A stretch of DNA of 64,000 nucleotides from Thermoplasmata archaeon (GCA_027315165.1 DAHUYN010000004.1:15517-79516), one strand, 5' to 3'. Counted from the first letter of the stretch, positions 1-9,626 are shown. A program made the numbers and translations. Notes: generated by a model from the letters alone, not told the origin.

Positions 1-224
1 TCGTCGAGGGCGCCCTGCTCCTGCAGTACCTCTCGACGGCCATTGCGCAGTCGACCGCCGGGAGCACGTTCAACCCGACTCCGATCTCGGAGCTCCAGGG
101 GCAGATCGCCCTCGTGGGAGCCCTCGCCATCCTGCCGAACCTGATCCTAGCGATGGCTCACTATCGGGCCCGGCGCTGGATCCTGGACGACCTCTGGGTC
201 TCCCGAGAGAGAGGCCCGCTCTGA
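1..224 (+). CDS. Partial CDS at the 5' window edge: hydrophobic C-terminal end of a membrane protein (...LLLQYLSTAIAQSTAGSTFNPTPISELQGQIALVGALAILPNLILAMAHYRARRWILDDLWVSRERGPL*)
   Basis: Reading frame open from position 3 to a TGA at 222-224. Composition is protein-like and not Arg-rich. It is absent from the ORF track because the start lies outside the window. Confidence 0.4.
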   Translation, partial: VEGALLLQYLSTAIAQSTAGSTFNPTPISELQGQIALVGALAILPNLILAMAHYRARRWILDDLWVSRERGPL

Positions 225-286
225 TCCCTCGGTCGAGGGCTACGCGCGTCCGCGGACGCCCGACCCGGGCGTCCGGTCTCTCGGCG

Positions 287-1027
287 TCACTGCCATCGGG
301 TGAGGATGTTGTCCCGCTGGAAGGTCTCCCGGCTGAGCGCGAACAGGCCGAGGACGACGAGCGCGAGGGCCCCGGAGATGTAGAGAAGGTTCGTGGTGTC
401 GAGCGGCACGACCCCGATCTCGCCGAGGACATAGAGGAGGACGAACGGGAAGAAGACGAGCGCCGAGAGCTGTTGCGCGCTCCGTACGTCGCTGACCCTC
501 GAGGAGATCAGGATCGAGGCTTCGACGGCGAAGAGGGCGACGAGCGGGGCCAGGGCGAGCAGGATGACCGCCATCTCCCAGTTGGGGAAGTAGAGGTAGC
601 CGAGCGTCTTCGAGGTCACGCGGTCCATGAGGATCATGAAGAGCGTCGCGCCGGCCCACACGGCGAGGATCGTGGGGAGCAGCGCGGCCAGGGTCTTTCC
701 CAGAAGGATCTCCCCATCGGTGGTCGGGGTCGCGAGGAGCGGCTCGAGGCTCTTCTCGACCTTCTCGCCGACGATGCTGTAGGAGGCGATCCCGACCGGG
801 ATCGTCGCGGCGCCGATCACGAAGAAGAAGCTGAAGGAATCGATGAGCCCCCCGAGGAGCGAGCTGGGGATCGCCGCGCCGGAGCGGTGCAGCAGGTAGT
901 CGACCAACAGGGGAAACCCGACGGCCACGGCGATCGGGAACCCGACGAGCCCGGCGGTGATGCTGCGACGGCGGCGCAGGAGCCCCAGATCGTGCGAGGC
1001 GACGATCCACACCTGCGAGAGCCTCAT
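287..1027 (-). CDS. ABC-2 type transporter permease
   Basis: 246 aa, MRLSQVWIVASHD..., six hydrophobic segments. Its ATG overlaps the upstream ATPase stop by 4 nt (ATGA), which is typical ABC-2 pairing. This is the C-terminal part of the long track ORF 287..2050. Confidence 0.8.
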   Translation of the reverse strand: MRLSQVWIVASHDLGLLRRRRSITAGLVGFPIAVAVGFPLLVDYLLHRSGAAIPSSLLGGLIDSFSFFFVIGAATIPVGIASYSIVGEKVEKSLEPLLATPTTDGEILLGKTLAALLPTILAVWAGATLFMILMDRVTSKTLGYLYFPNWEMAVILLALAPLVALFAVEASILISSRVSDVRSAQQLSALVFFPFVLLYVLGEIGVVPLDTTNLLYISGALALVVLGLFALSRETFQRDNILTRWQ

Positions 1028-1956
1028 GCGCCCGGCTCCTTCTCGTGGATCAGCTTGAGGTAGACGTCCTCGAGGGACGGCGCCAGCGCAGAGAGCTCGG
1101 TCAGCTTGCCACCGGCGGCGAGAACGGCTTCGGCGATCTCCGGGTTCTCCCGCTCGGCGTCGCGGACCTCGACGAGGAGGGTGCGCCCCTGCCACTCGAG
1201 GTGCCGGGGTGCGAGCCGGTCGCGGAGGGCCGCCTGGAGGGGCTCCGAGACGCTTGCGAACCGGACGAGGGTCCGGTTCCCCCAGAGCTCGGCCCGGAGC
1301 TGCTCGGGAGACCCGACCCGGAGGAGACGGGTGCGCAGGATGCCGACCCGGTCGCAGATCCGCTCGGCCTCGTCGAGGTGGTGCGTGTTGAGGAAGATCG
1401 TGCGGCGCTCCCGCTTCAGCTCGAGAATGAAGTCGCGGACCGTCTTCGCGGCCTCGGGGTCGAGGTTCGCGGTCGGCTCGTCCAGGAACAGGAGGACCGG
1501 GTCGTGTACCAAGGCTCGCGCGATGGCGACCTTCTGCTTCATCCCCTTCGAGTAGCTGCCGACGGGGAGGTCGCGCTTCTCCCAGAGCTCCATCATCCGC
1601 AGGAGACGCTCGATGTTCCCGCGAAGCGTCGCCGCGTCGAGACCCTGGAGCCGACCGAAGTACTCGAGGTTCTGATAGGCGCTCGCCGCTTCGTAGAGCC
1701 CCACGTTCTCGGGCAGGATCCCGATCTGCCGTCGCAGCCGAAGCTCGTCGCGCGCGTTGCCGACCTCGCAGCCGGCGACCGTGGCGGAGCCGCTCGATTT
1801 CGAGATGAGGCTCGTCAACATCCGCACGGTCGTCGTCTTGCCGGCCCCGTTGGGGCCGAGAAGGCCGAACACCTCGCCCTCGCGGACCCGAAGGCTGACC
1901 CGGTCGACCGCGGTGAGGTCGCCGAAGGTCTTCGTCAGCCCCTCCGCGTCGATCAT
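1024..1956 (-). CDS. ABC transporter ATP-binding protein (ABC-2/CcmA-like)
   Basis: 310 aa starting MIDAEGLTKTF. Walker A GPNGAGKTT, signature YSKGMKQKVAIARAL, Walker B LLFLDEPTANLD, H-loop NTHHLDEAERI. A TATA-like GTCTTATTCG lies about 30 nt upstream on the coding strand. Confidence 0.9.
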   Translation of the reverse strand: MIDAEGLTKTFGDLTAVDRVSLRVREGEVFGLLGPNGAGKTTTVRMLTSLISKSSGSATVAGCEVGNARDELRLRRQIGILPENVGLYEAASAYQNLEYFGRLQGLDAATLRGNIERLLRMMELWEKRDLPVGSYSKGMKQKVAIARALVHDPVLLFLDEPTANLDPEAAKTVRDFILELKRERRTIFLNTHHLDEAERICDRVGILRTRLLRVGSPEQLRAELWGNRTLVRFASVSEPLQAALRDRLAPRHLEWQGRTLLVEVRDAERENPEIAEAVLAAGGKLTELSALAPSLEDVYLKLIHEKEPGA

Positions 1957-2109
1957 CTGGGGTCCCGCGCGCAGCACCGCGGGGTCGAATAAGACCTCGA
2001 GGGCCTGAGGACGGGGGCCTCCGACGGGGGGACGCGACCGCACGACGCACTTCCCGGGGCGCACGCGCTTGGAGACGTCGCCTCGGCCCGGCAGGTTGAT
2101 GTCGCGCGG

Positions 2110-3096
2110 GTGCTCTCCGTCGGTATGACGTCCCAGCGGGTGCTCGACTGGCTCCTCGAGCCGGACGCGCCTTCGGTCCGGTATCTGACGTTGAAGAGGC
2201 TCCTCGGCCGGAGCGAGTCGGATCCCGAGGTCCGCGAGGCGAAGCGGGCGATCCCCCGCGTCGGATGGGTCGCCGAGGCGCTGGCCCGGCGCCACCCCGC
2301 GGGGTGGTGGGAGCGCGACGGGAAGCCGATGTATCCCAAGTACACGGGAACCCACTGGCAGCTGCTCGCGCTCTCGGACCTCGCGGCCACGCGAGAGATC
2401 CCCGAGGTCGAGGCGTCCTGTGAGCTCTGGATGGCTCGCTCGCCCCTGAAGGGCGGCGGTGTGGGGGGAATGTCGGGGGGGAACGGGCACCACTGCTACA
2501 CGGGGAACATGGCCCGCGCTCTGCTGCGCATGGGCTACGAGGAGGATCCGCGCGTTCGCGAAGCGCTTCGCTGGCTCGTCGTGACGGCCAACCCCCGCGG
2601 GGGCTGGTCGTGCTTCAGCTGGGGGGACAAGCCCTCGCCGGGCCGCTCCCTCGATGCCTGGGAGGGCCTCAGCGCGTTCGCCGCGTATCCTCGAGAGAAG
2701 TGGAACGCCTCGATGCAGGCGTGCGTCGAGCGGGCGGCGGAGTTCTACCTCGAGCGGGAGCTCCACCGACAGGGCTCGCGCTACGCGCCGTGGTACCGCT
2801 TCCACTGGCCGGTCCACTACTACTACGACCTGCTCGTGGGGCTGGACGTGCTTACCGAGCTCGGCTACGGCGCCGATCGCCGCCTTCGCTACGCGATCGA
2901 CCACCTCAAGCGCAAGCGTCGGAGCGATGGGCGATGGGCCCTCGAGGCGGTCCACCCGGACGTCGACGCCGGGCGCCGAGCCTGGTATCGGGCGCATCCG
3001 AAGGACCGGCCGACCCCGCTCACGTTCGAGCCCGCGCGTCGTCCGAGCAAGATGGTCACGCTTCGCGCGCTGACCGTGCTGTCGCGGGTCCCCTAA
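2110..3096 (+). CDS. Hypothetical protein with alpha/alpha-toroid-like repeats (prenyltransferase / squalene-oxidase-repeat or LanC-like); function unknown
   Basis: 328 aa. Repeated G-x-W / GGW motifs (ANPRGGWSCFSWGD, RRSDGRWALEA, GNGHHCYTGN). Composition is not Arg-biased. Confidence 0.5.
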   Translation: MLSVGMTSQRVLDWLLEPDAPSVRYLTLKRLLGRSESDPEVREAKRAIPRVGWVAEALARRHPAGWWERDGKPMYPKYTGTHWQLLALSDLAATREIPEVEASCELWMARSPLKGGGVGGMSGGNGHHCYTGNMARALLRMGYEEDPRVREALRWLVVTANPRGGWSCFSWGDKPSPGRSLDAWEGLSAFAAYPREKWNASMQACVERAAEFYLERELHRQGSRYAPWYRFHWPVHYYYDLLVGLDVLTELGYGADRRLRYAIDHLKRKRRSDGRWALEAVHPDVDAGRRAWYRAHPKDRPTPLTFEPARRPSKMVTLRALTVLSRVP

Positions 3097-3297
3097 CCCG
3101 TACCCCTCTACGTTCGCGACGGGCCGCGGCCGCGCCGGGACTGCGATCGAGGGCGCCGTGCGTGGCGCCCGTTCGAGAAGCGGTCCGGGTCGTCTTGCCG
3201 GGGATCGGGAGCGCTCCCTCGTCGTCCCGGCTCTCCGGCACGGATCGCCTCCGACGTTGAGGTCGGGACGCGGCCCACCCCACCGGGCGGAGACTCG

Positions 3298-5886
3298 GTG
3301 CGCCCGTGCGGAGGGCTTATCGGCCGACAACGAGTTGGCTCGGTCGTGTCGCGCCGAGGGCGCGGGAGGGCACTCCCGCCCGGCTCGCTGACGCTCGCCC
3401 TCCTGCTCCTGCTCGCAGGACTTCTCGCTCCGCAGGTGCTGTCGGGAGCGGCGCTCCCCTCGCACGCGCCGGGTCTCTCGGCGGCCGCCGCGGTTCCTTC
3501 GAGCCGTCTCGCGACGGCCTCGTCGGCCGGCGCGTGGAGCACGGCGAGCCATCGTCCCTCCCCAGGGCTCGCGCCCTACCGTCTCGCGACGGCTCCGAGG
3601 GCGGGCGCCTCCTGCCCGTTCTCGAGCTCTCCCGGCTGGCTCGCCTACGATCCGAACGATCAGGAGTTCTGGGTGGCCACGCCGCCCGATTGCGTCGATG
3701 TCTTCAACACCGGCTTCAACATGACGCAGCTCACCGCCGGGACGGACCCGTTCGGCGTCGCGGTCGACGCGGCCGCGCACGCGGTGTTCGTGACGAACAC
3801 GGGCTCGAACAACGTGACCGTGTTCAACGACACGACGCAGGCGAGCGTCGCCTCGATCTCGGTCGGGACCGCCCCTCTCGGCGTCGCATACGACCCGGCG
3901 ACCGACGAGCTGTACGTCGCGAACTCGGGGTCGAACTCGGTCTCCGTCATCTCGGTGTCGACGTTGACCGTGGTGGCGAACGTCTCCGTCGGGACCGGCC
4001 CCGCCGGGGTCGACGTCGATACCGCTTCCGGACAGGTATTCGTCGCGGACAACGGCTCGAATGCCGTGAGCGTGATCCGCACGAGCAACCACACCGTCGT
4101 CGCCACCCTTCCCGCGGGCACCGGTCCGCTCGGGGTCGCGGTCGCCACCGGGCTCGGGCTGGCGTTCGTGACCAACTACGGCTCCAACAACGTCACGGTG
4201 GTCAACGCGAGCCAGGATTTCGTCACCGCCACCATCCCCGTCGTCGGACCCGGTCTCGATCTGCAGGGTATCGCCTTCGACCCGCAGACGGGGTCGATGT
4301 GGATCGGCGCCGGGTTCTGGTACGCGGTCGTGCTCAACGTGAGCGCGCTGTCGGTGGGGGGCTACTACGCGACGGACCCGTCCGGTGTCGCCTACGATTC
4401 GACGACCGGAGAGGTCTGCCTGACGAACACCGGCAACTTCACGTTCGAGTGCCTTCGCTCGCCGTTCGACGCGTGGACGGCGGCCTTCGGAGAGTCGGGT
4501 CTTCCCCCCGGCACCGCGTGGACGGTGAGCCTCGGCAACGGAGCGCAGTCGTCGACGACGGCCTCGATCGACGTCGGAGTCGTTCCCTGGGTGTACGGGG
4601 CGGGCCAGGTCTCCTCCTCCTACACGATCCTCACGGCCGCGCCGTTCCTCCCGACGCCCGCCTCCGGGTCGATCGGGTTCTCGAATTTCGGCCCGTCGAC
4701 GAAGTGGTACAACGTGACGTTCGCCCCTTCCGCGGGGCTGTTTGCGGTGACCTTCCTCGAGAGCGGGCTCCCGCCCACGGCGAGCTGGTCGGTGACCCTC
4801 AACAACACGACGGTGCGCTCGAACGCCTCCTCGATCACGATCTACGAACCGAACGGGACAGCGCTGCCTTTCCAGGTGAGCCCCCCCGTCGGCTACACGG
4901 CGTCGCCGGCCACGGGACGGCTCACGATCGCCGGCGCGGCGGTGAACGTCTCCGTGACGTTCTCTCCGTCGGTCCCGTCGACCTCTCGCGTCAGCTTCTT
5001 CGAGACGGGCCTCCCCGTCAACTCGACCTGGTACCTCCTCGTCGCCGGGGTCTGGTACGGAGTCCCGACGGCCACGCTGTCGCTCTCGCTCCCGAACGGG
5101 ACCTACGCGTTCGCATTGGGACCCCTTCCAGGCTACGTCGCGAGTCCCTCCTCGGGGACCGTGGCGGTCTCCGGGGTTCCTGTGACGGTCACCCTCCGCT
5201 TCACCGCGTCGACGACCCCGTCGTACCTCGTGACGCTCTCGGAGTCCGGCCTACCCAGCGGGACGCCCTGGGGCGTCACGATCGGCGGCACGGTCGTGGC
5301 GGGCAGTTCGACCGCGTTCACGACCCAGCTCCCGAACGGCACCTACGCCTACGGGGTCCAGGTCGTGGTCGGCTACATACCGTCCGTCGCGCAGGGCACT
5401 CTCACGGTCGCGGGCGCGCCGGCGACGCTCGACGTCGTGTTCGCCCCGGCACCGCCTTCGCTCGCCCTTTCGGTGTCCCTCCATGAGCTGGTCGTGACGG
5501 CGAGCTGTCTCGCCAACGGGAACGTCTCGAACGTCGTCGCGCTGTCGGCCCAGGCGTCCGGCGGCCTCCCGCCGTACTCGTACTTCTGGAGCGTGCCCTC
5601 GGGCAACGCCTCCGGTCCTCTCGCCTACGCGACGATCGTCGTGACGGCCCCCGTCGCGCTTCGTTGGGTTTCCGTGACCGTGACCGACGCGTCGGGGAAC
5701 CAGACCTCCGCTTCCGTCCTGCCTCCGAGCGTTCTCCCGCCGTGTCCCCCGCCTCCGCCCTCCCCGAACTTCCCGAGCGCGACCCCGGCCGCGCTCACGA
5801 CCGTCTACGCCCTCGTGGCCCTCTCGGTCGTCGTGGCCGCGGTCGCGATCGCCGCGGTGCTCGTCGTCTACCGCAGAAAGCCGTAG
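3298..5886 (+). CDS. Secreted cell-surface protein: N-terminal signal peptide, about five YVTN-family 40-residue beta-propeller repeats, about five ~90-aa E[ST]GLPxGTxW repeat domains, a Pro-rich linker and a C-terminal TM anchor
   Basis: Signal-like LTLALLLLLAGLLAP. YVTN motifs FVTNTGSNNVTVF / YVANSGSNSVSVI / FVADNGSNAVSVI / FVTNYGSNNVTVV. Repeats FGESGLPPGTAWTVSL, FLESGLPPTASWSVTL, FFETGLPVNSTWYLL, LSESGLPSGTPWGVTI. C-terminus PPCPPPPPSP...VVAAVAIAAVLVVYRRKP. Many N-x-S/T sequons. The true start may be an internal GTG (the N-region is 30 aa long if it starts at 3298). Confidence 0.75.
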   Translation: MRPCGGLIGRQRVGSVVSRRGRGRALPPGSLTLALLLLLAGLLAPQVLSGAALPSHAPGLSAAAAVPSSRLATASSAGAWSTASHRPSPGLAPYRLATAPRAGASCPFSSSPGWLAYDPNDQEFWVATPPDCVDVFNTGFNMTQLTAGTDPFGVAVDAAAHAVFVTNTGSNNVTVFNDTTQASVASISVGTAPLGVAYDPATDELYVANSGSNSVSVISVSTLTVVANVSVGTGPAGVDVDTASGQVFVADNGSNAVSVIRTSNHTVVATLPAGTGPLGVAVATGLGLAFVTNYGSNNVTVVNASQDFVTATIPVVGPGLDLQGIAFDPQTGSMWIGAGFWYAVVLNVSALSVGGYYATDPSGVAYDSTTGEVCLTNTGNFTFECLRSPFDAWTAAFGESGLPPGTAWTVSLGNGAQSSTTASIDVGVVPWVYGAGQVSSSYTILTAAPFLPTPASGSIGFSNFGPSTKWYNVTFAPSAGLFAVTFLESGLPPTASWSVTLNNTTVRSNASSITIYEPNGTALPFQVSPPVGYTASPATGRLTIAGAAVNVSVTFSPSVPSTSRVSFFETGLPVNSTWYLLVAGVWYGVPTATLSLSLPNGTYAFALGPLPGYVASPSSGTVAVSGVPVTVTLRFTASTTPSYLVTLSESGLPSGTPWGVTIGGTVVAGSSTAFTTQLPNGTYAYGVQVVVGYIPSVAQGTLTVAGAPATLDVVFAPAPPSLALSVSLHELVVTASCLANGNVSNVVALSAQASGGLPPYSYFWSVPSGNASGPLAYATIVVTAPVALRWVSVTVTDASGNQTSASVLPPSVLPPCPPPPPSPNFPSATPAALTTVYALVALSVVVAAVAIAAVLVVYRRKP

Positions 5887-5958
5887 GCGAGCCCTCGGAC
5901 GCTCCCCGAGGGCTCCGCGGCACGCGCGATCGGAGGGCCGACGGCCCCGCCTACGTCC

Positions 5959-8916
5959 TCACTCCGCGGACCGGACCGCCTCGGCGGGCGGGAGACGCGC
6001 GGCGCGAACCGAGGGGACGGCGATCGCCGCGAGGACGAGCACGTAGGCCACGACCGCGATCTCGGCGATCGTGGTCCACGGACCGACGAACGTCGTGATC
6101 CCCTCGGCGGCGGCGGAGGCGCTCACGGTCAGGTTGTAGACGATGAGGACCCCGAGCACGACGCCGATCGCGACGCCGAGCAGCGTGACGACGCTGTACT
6201 CGAGCAGGTAGGCTCGAACGACCATCGCCTGCGTGAACCCGGCGGCCCGGAGCATCCCGATCTGCCGACGGCGCTCGACGACGGCGCGCAGCGCGAGGAT
6301 CCCCATCGCGGCGATGCCGACCGCGAGACCGAGGCCCACGAAGATCTCGAGGAGGCCGATGAAGCCCTCGGTCGTGTTGAACGAGGTGGCCAAGAGCGCC
6401 TTGATGTTGAAGAGGACGAGGCCGAAGGCGAAGTACGCCTTGAGGAGATTCTGCGAGGCCAGCGTCGTGCTGACGCCAGGGGCGGCCGTGATCAGGTACG
6501 CCCCCACCGTCGTGAAGCCGAGACCCGCGGCCGTCGCGGGGTTCAGCCAGACGCCGGTCAGCGCCGCCTCCTTGAGGATGCCGATGACGGTGACGTTGAC
6601 GGCACGGCCGCCCGAGACGGGTGCGACGGAGATCGTCGTGCCGACCACGAGGTGCGGGTGGGGTCCGGTCGACCCGCCCACGATCGAGGCGGTCGGGGGC
6701 GCGTACGTGTTGTCGACGATCGCGACGGTGGCGTTCGTCGAGAGCTCCTCGAAGACCGCCGCGGCGCTGAGGTCGCCGAGCGTCGAGGCGAAGGTGAACC
6801 GGTTCGTCGTGTAGAAGTCGGCCGGGCCGGTCGTGTTCACCGGGGCCGCGAGGAGCCGGTCCGAGTACGGGTTCGCATCGTAGCCGGGCACGGTGACCTC
6901 GCCCGCCCCGACGACCAGCTCCGCGGCGTTGACGAACTCGGGGGCGAGGGTCGCATTGCTCTCGATGGACCCCCAGAGGTCCGGGATCGGGGTCTGGGAG
7001 GCTCCGAAGTACGTGTAGCCACCGGCCTCGTTGGCGACGACGTTGTCGAGGTTCCCCTGGATCGTCGAGCCGAACGCGGCGGTCGCGACCATCGTGAAGA
7101 CCACGAGGGCGAAGATGGTGAGGCTCACCGCGGACCGGGTCGGCTGGCGGGTGGGATAGTCGAGTCCGACCCGGATGACCGGGCTCGATTGTCCCCGCCG
7201 GCCGAGGACGCGCCGGAGCAGCGTGGCGAGGAGCGGCGCGTTGAAGAGGAAGACCATCAGCGTCCCGCCGACCATGAGGATCCCCTCGACGAAGACGATG
7301 AAGATCCCGCCCGTGTGCGCGCTGCCGAGGAGGAGGGCGTGGAGCGGGACCCACCCGGCCCAGACGGTGAGACCGATGCCGACCGCTGTGAAGACGGGTC
7401 GGTTCCGAAGGAAGCGGGCGGCGACGAGCCCCGCCCCGAGGACCACGAGCGCCCCCGAGAGGATCGGATAGGAGATGTCCGACGCCCCGGAGTAGGTCGC
7501 CCGGAACGCGAGGAGCCCGAGGACCACGAGGGCCCCCCCGAGGTAGGCGAGCACGGTGTAGGTGCGCACGGCGGGGCGCGGCTCGGGTACATCGCGGATC
7601 GCCCGGACGATGTTGAGGCGGCTCACACGCGTGCAGGCGAAGACGACGGTCGCGACGGTGAGCAGAAAGCCGATCACGTAGGCCAGGAGCAGGCTTTGCC
7701 CGGTCACCGTGAACGACTGCAGGATCGCCGCCTCGGGGATCCCTTCGCCCTTGAGGACGCTCCCGGCGAGGTAGACCAGGAGGTAGCCGACCCCGACCCC
7801 GAGACCCGTGCCGGCCAGCGCACTGCCGGCCGCGTAGGCGACCCCTTCGAAGTAGTACGTGTAGACGAGCTCCCGCCGTCGCATCCCGATGGCCCGGAGC
7901 ATCCCCATCTCGCCCTTTCGCTCCTCGGCGAGCATGACGAAGATGCCGACGATGAGGAGGGCCCCGGCGACGATCGAGAAGAGGCCGAGGACGAGGAAGA
8001 CGGTCATCGTGCTCTGGCTGCTCTGGGCGGACTGTTCGAGGCCCGTCTCGAGCGGCGTCGCGACGCTGAGGCCGTAGGTCGCGAGGACGCTCGCGAGCGT
8101 CACGTTCAGCGACGCGCTGACGCGAGTCGAGATCGCCGCGCCGTGCGCGTTCGAGCCGGAGTTCGTCACGGCGAGGTAGTTGATCCGCCCCGAGGCGTTC
8201 TCGAGAAGCTGGGCGGTCGCGAGCGAGACGAACACGTTGCCCGGCGTGAGGCCGCCCGTGATGAAGCCCCCACGGACGTTCTCCTGTACGATCGCCTCGA
8301 CGTGAAGGGGGATCCCGACCTGGCCGAACACGAGGAGCGGGTCGCCGACGGTTGCGTTGACGGTCTGGGCGGCCTGGTCGTCCAGGAAGACGCCCGATCC
8401 GCTCGGACCTTCGAGCGGGGTCCCGTTGTCGGCGAGGAAGGGACCGAGGGCCGAGCTCTGGTTCGCGTTCACCCCGATCAGGTTGAGGGCGGTCGCGGGG
8501 ATCCCGGTGGCCCGGTCGTAGATGGCGCCGCTGTCGACGATCTCCGGCGTGACCCCGGCGATGTCCGGGTCGCCCGCGACGAGCGCCGCGGTCTGCGTGT
8601 ACGCCGCGTAGGGGAAGTAGCTCAGCCCCCCGGTCGGGCTCGTTCCCGTGACCGACTCGTCGACGTAGCCGGCGCCGATGTAGGTGTAGTGGAAGGAGAG
8701 CTGCTGGACGGTGTCGCCGACGATGAGGCTACCGGCGACGATCGTCGTGCCGACGAGGAGCCCCGCGATGAGGAGGACCGTGCGGGCCCGGCCGCGGCGG
8801 ACGTTCCGCATCGCGATGCGGAAGGAGAGTCGGTGGCGGAGCCCGAGGAGCGCGGTGGCGAGCCCGACGACGGCGAGGAGGAGGAGAAGGAGACCGACGG
8901 TCGAGAGCGTCGCCAC
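5959..8916 (-). CDS. MacB/FtsX-family ABC transporter permease with two FtsX modules and large extracytoplasmic domains
   Basis: 985 aa. N-terminal TM (LLLLLAVVGLATALL), a large extracellular domain, TM bundle, a second extracellular domain and a second TM bundle (FtsX-like ...LRAIGMRRRELVYTYYFEG... and ...LRAAGFTQAMVVRAYLLEY...). It sits immediately downstream of its ATPase. Confidence 0.8.
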   Translation of the reverse strand: MATLSTVGLLLLLLAVVGLATALLGLRHRLSFRIAMRNVRRGRARTVLLIAGLLVGTTIVAGSLIVGDTVQQLSFHYTYIGAGYVDESVTGTSPTGGLSYFPYAAYTQTAALVAGDPDIAGVTPEIVDSGAIYDRATGIPATALNLIGVNANQSSALGPFLADNGTPLEGPSGSGVFLDDQAAQTVNATVGDPLLVFGQVGIPLHVEAIVQENVRGGFITGGLTPGNVFVSLATAQLLENASGRINYLAVTNSGSNAHGAAISTRVSASLNVTLASVLATYGLSVATPLETGLEQSAQSSQSTMTVFLVLGLFSIVAGALLIVGIFVMLAEERKGEMGMLRAIGMRRRELVYTYYFEGVAYAAGSALAGTGLGVGVGYLLVYLAGSVLKGEGIPEAAILQSFTVTGQSLLLAYVIGFLLTVATVVFACTRVSRLNIVRAIRDVPEPRPAVRTYTVLAYLGGALVVLGLLAFRATYSGASDISYPILSGALVVLGAGLVAARFLRNRPVFTAVGIGLTVWAGWVPLHALLLGSAHTGGIFIVFVEGILMVGGTLMVFLFNAPLLATLLRRVLGRRGQSSPVIRVGLDYPTRQPTRSAVSLTIFALVVFTMVATAAFGSTIQGNLDNVVANEAGGYTYFGASQTPIPDLWGSIESNATLAPEFVNAAELVVGAGEVTVPGYDANPYSDRLLAAPVNTTGPADFYTTNRFTFASTLGDLSAAAVFEELSTNATVAIVDNTYAPPTASIVGGSTGPHPHLVVGTTISVAPVSGGRAVNVTVIGILKEAALTGVWLNPATAAGLGFTTVGAYLITAAPGVSTTLASQNLLKAYFAFGLVLFNIKALLATSFNTTEGFIGLLEIFVGLGLAVGIAAMGILALRAVVERRRQIGMLRAAGFTQAMVVRAYLLEYSVVTLLGVAIGVVLGVLIVYNLTVSASAAAEGITTFVGPWTTIAEIAVVAYVLVLAAIAVPSVRAARLPPAEAVRSAE

Positions 8917-8925
8917 GGGACCCCG

Positions 8926-9606
8926 TTATTCGGTCAAGAAGCGGCCGTCGCGCATGTGCAGCGTCCGGTCGCACGCGGAGGCCACCTCCGCGTCGTGGGT
9001 GACGACCACCATCGTCTGGTGGAACTCATGGTTGAGCTGTCGCAAGAGCTCGGTCACCTGCTTTGAGCCCTCGGCGTCGAGGTTCCCGGTGGGCTCGTCC
9101 GCCCAGACGATCGCCGGGTGCGCGACGAGAGCCCGGGCGAGCGAGACTCGTTGCTGCTGGCCGCCGGAGAGCTCCGACGGTCGGTGGCGCAGCCGGTCGC
9201 CGAGGCCCATCTGCGTCAGGATCGCCTTCGCGGCCTCGCGCGCCTCGCGGGCCGAGCGCCCGGCGATGAGCAGGGGCATCTCGACGTTCTCCTCGGCCGA
9301 GAGGATCGGGAGCAGGTTGTAGGACTGGAAGACGAAGCCGGTCCGCCGGGCCCGGTACTCGCTTTTCCTTGCGTCGGGCATCTTGTGGATGTCGGTGCCC
9401 TCGACGGTGACAACGCCCTTCGAGATGTCGTCGAGGCCGCTGAAGCAGTTGAGAAAGGTCGTCTTCCCGCACCCGGACGGGCCCATGACGGCCAGGATCT
9501 CCCCTCGGAAGATCTCGACGTCGATCCCGCGGAGCGCCGGCACGGCCGTCTCGCCGGAGCCGTAGACCTTCCAGACATCCCGGCCGACCACGACGGGCTC
9601 GGGCAC
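8926..9606 (-). CDS. ABC transporter ATP-binding protein, MacB/LolD-like
   Basis: Walker A GPSGCGKTT, signature LSGGQQQRVSLARAL, Walker B IVWADEPTGNLD, H-loop VVVTHD. The preferred start is the in-frame GTG giving VPEPVVVGRDVWKVYG. The track ORF extends to 9819, but its N-terminus is Arg/Pro-rich junk. The promoter lies just upstream. Confidence 0.85.
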   Translation of the reverse strand: MPEPVVVGRDVWKVYGSGETAVPALRGIDVEIFRGEILAVMGPSGCGKTTFLNCFSGLDDISKGVVTVEGTDIHKMPDARKSEYRARRTGFVFQSYNLLPILSAEENVEMPLLIAGRSAREAREAAKAILTQMGLGDRLRHRPSELSGGQQQRVSLARALVAHPAIVWADEPTGNLDAEGSKQVTELLRQLNHEFHQTMVVVTHDAEVASACDRTLHMRDGRFLTE

Positions 9607-9626
9607 GCTCGGGCGTGGCCGGGTCG

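Noticed and set aside
3097-3297. Possible tRNA in the 200-bp spacer before the YVTN gene (and in other spacers, 9643-10034 and 46865-47751)
   Set aside because: Scanning by eye for acceptor or T-arm patterns (GGTTCGAATCC-like T-loops with complementary 7-bp acceptor stems) found nothing convincing. GC-rich pseudo-hairpins are frequent by chance here. A tRNAscan run is needed to be sure.
1957-4092. Upstream 700 aa of the 1022-aa minus-strand track ORF 1024..4092 (and similar giant ORFs 6652..9066 +, 9216..11132 -, 10721..12082 +, 15215..16795 -, 16983..18362 +, 21806..24313 -, 25870..27570 +, 28746..30446 -, 30206..33703 -, 30718..33735 +, 33931..35253 -, 35298..37187 -, 38240..40654 -, 40696..42228 -, 49675..51702 -, 50358..52538 +, 59079..61073 -, 60758..63727 +)
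   Set aside because: Their composition is extreme Arg/Pro/Gly/Asp/Glu typical of out-of-frame or antisense translation of about 70% GC DNA. They have no recognisable motifs. Each overlaps a better-supported gene on the other strand or frame. Only the ABC ATPase portion (1024-1956) of the first is real.
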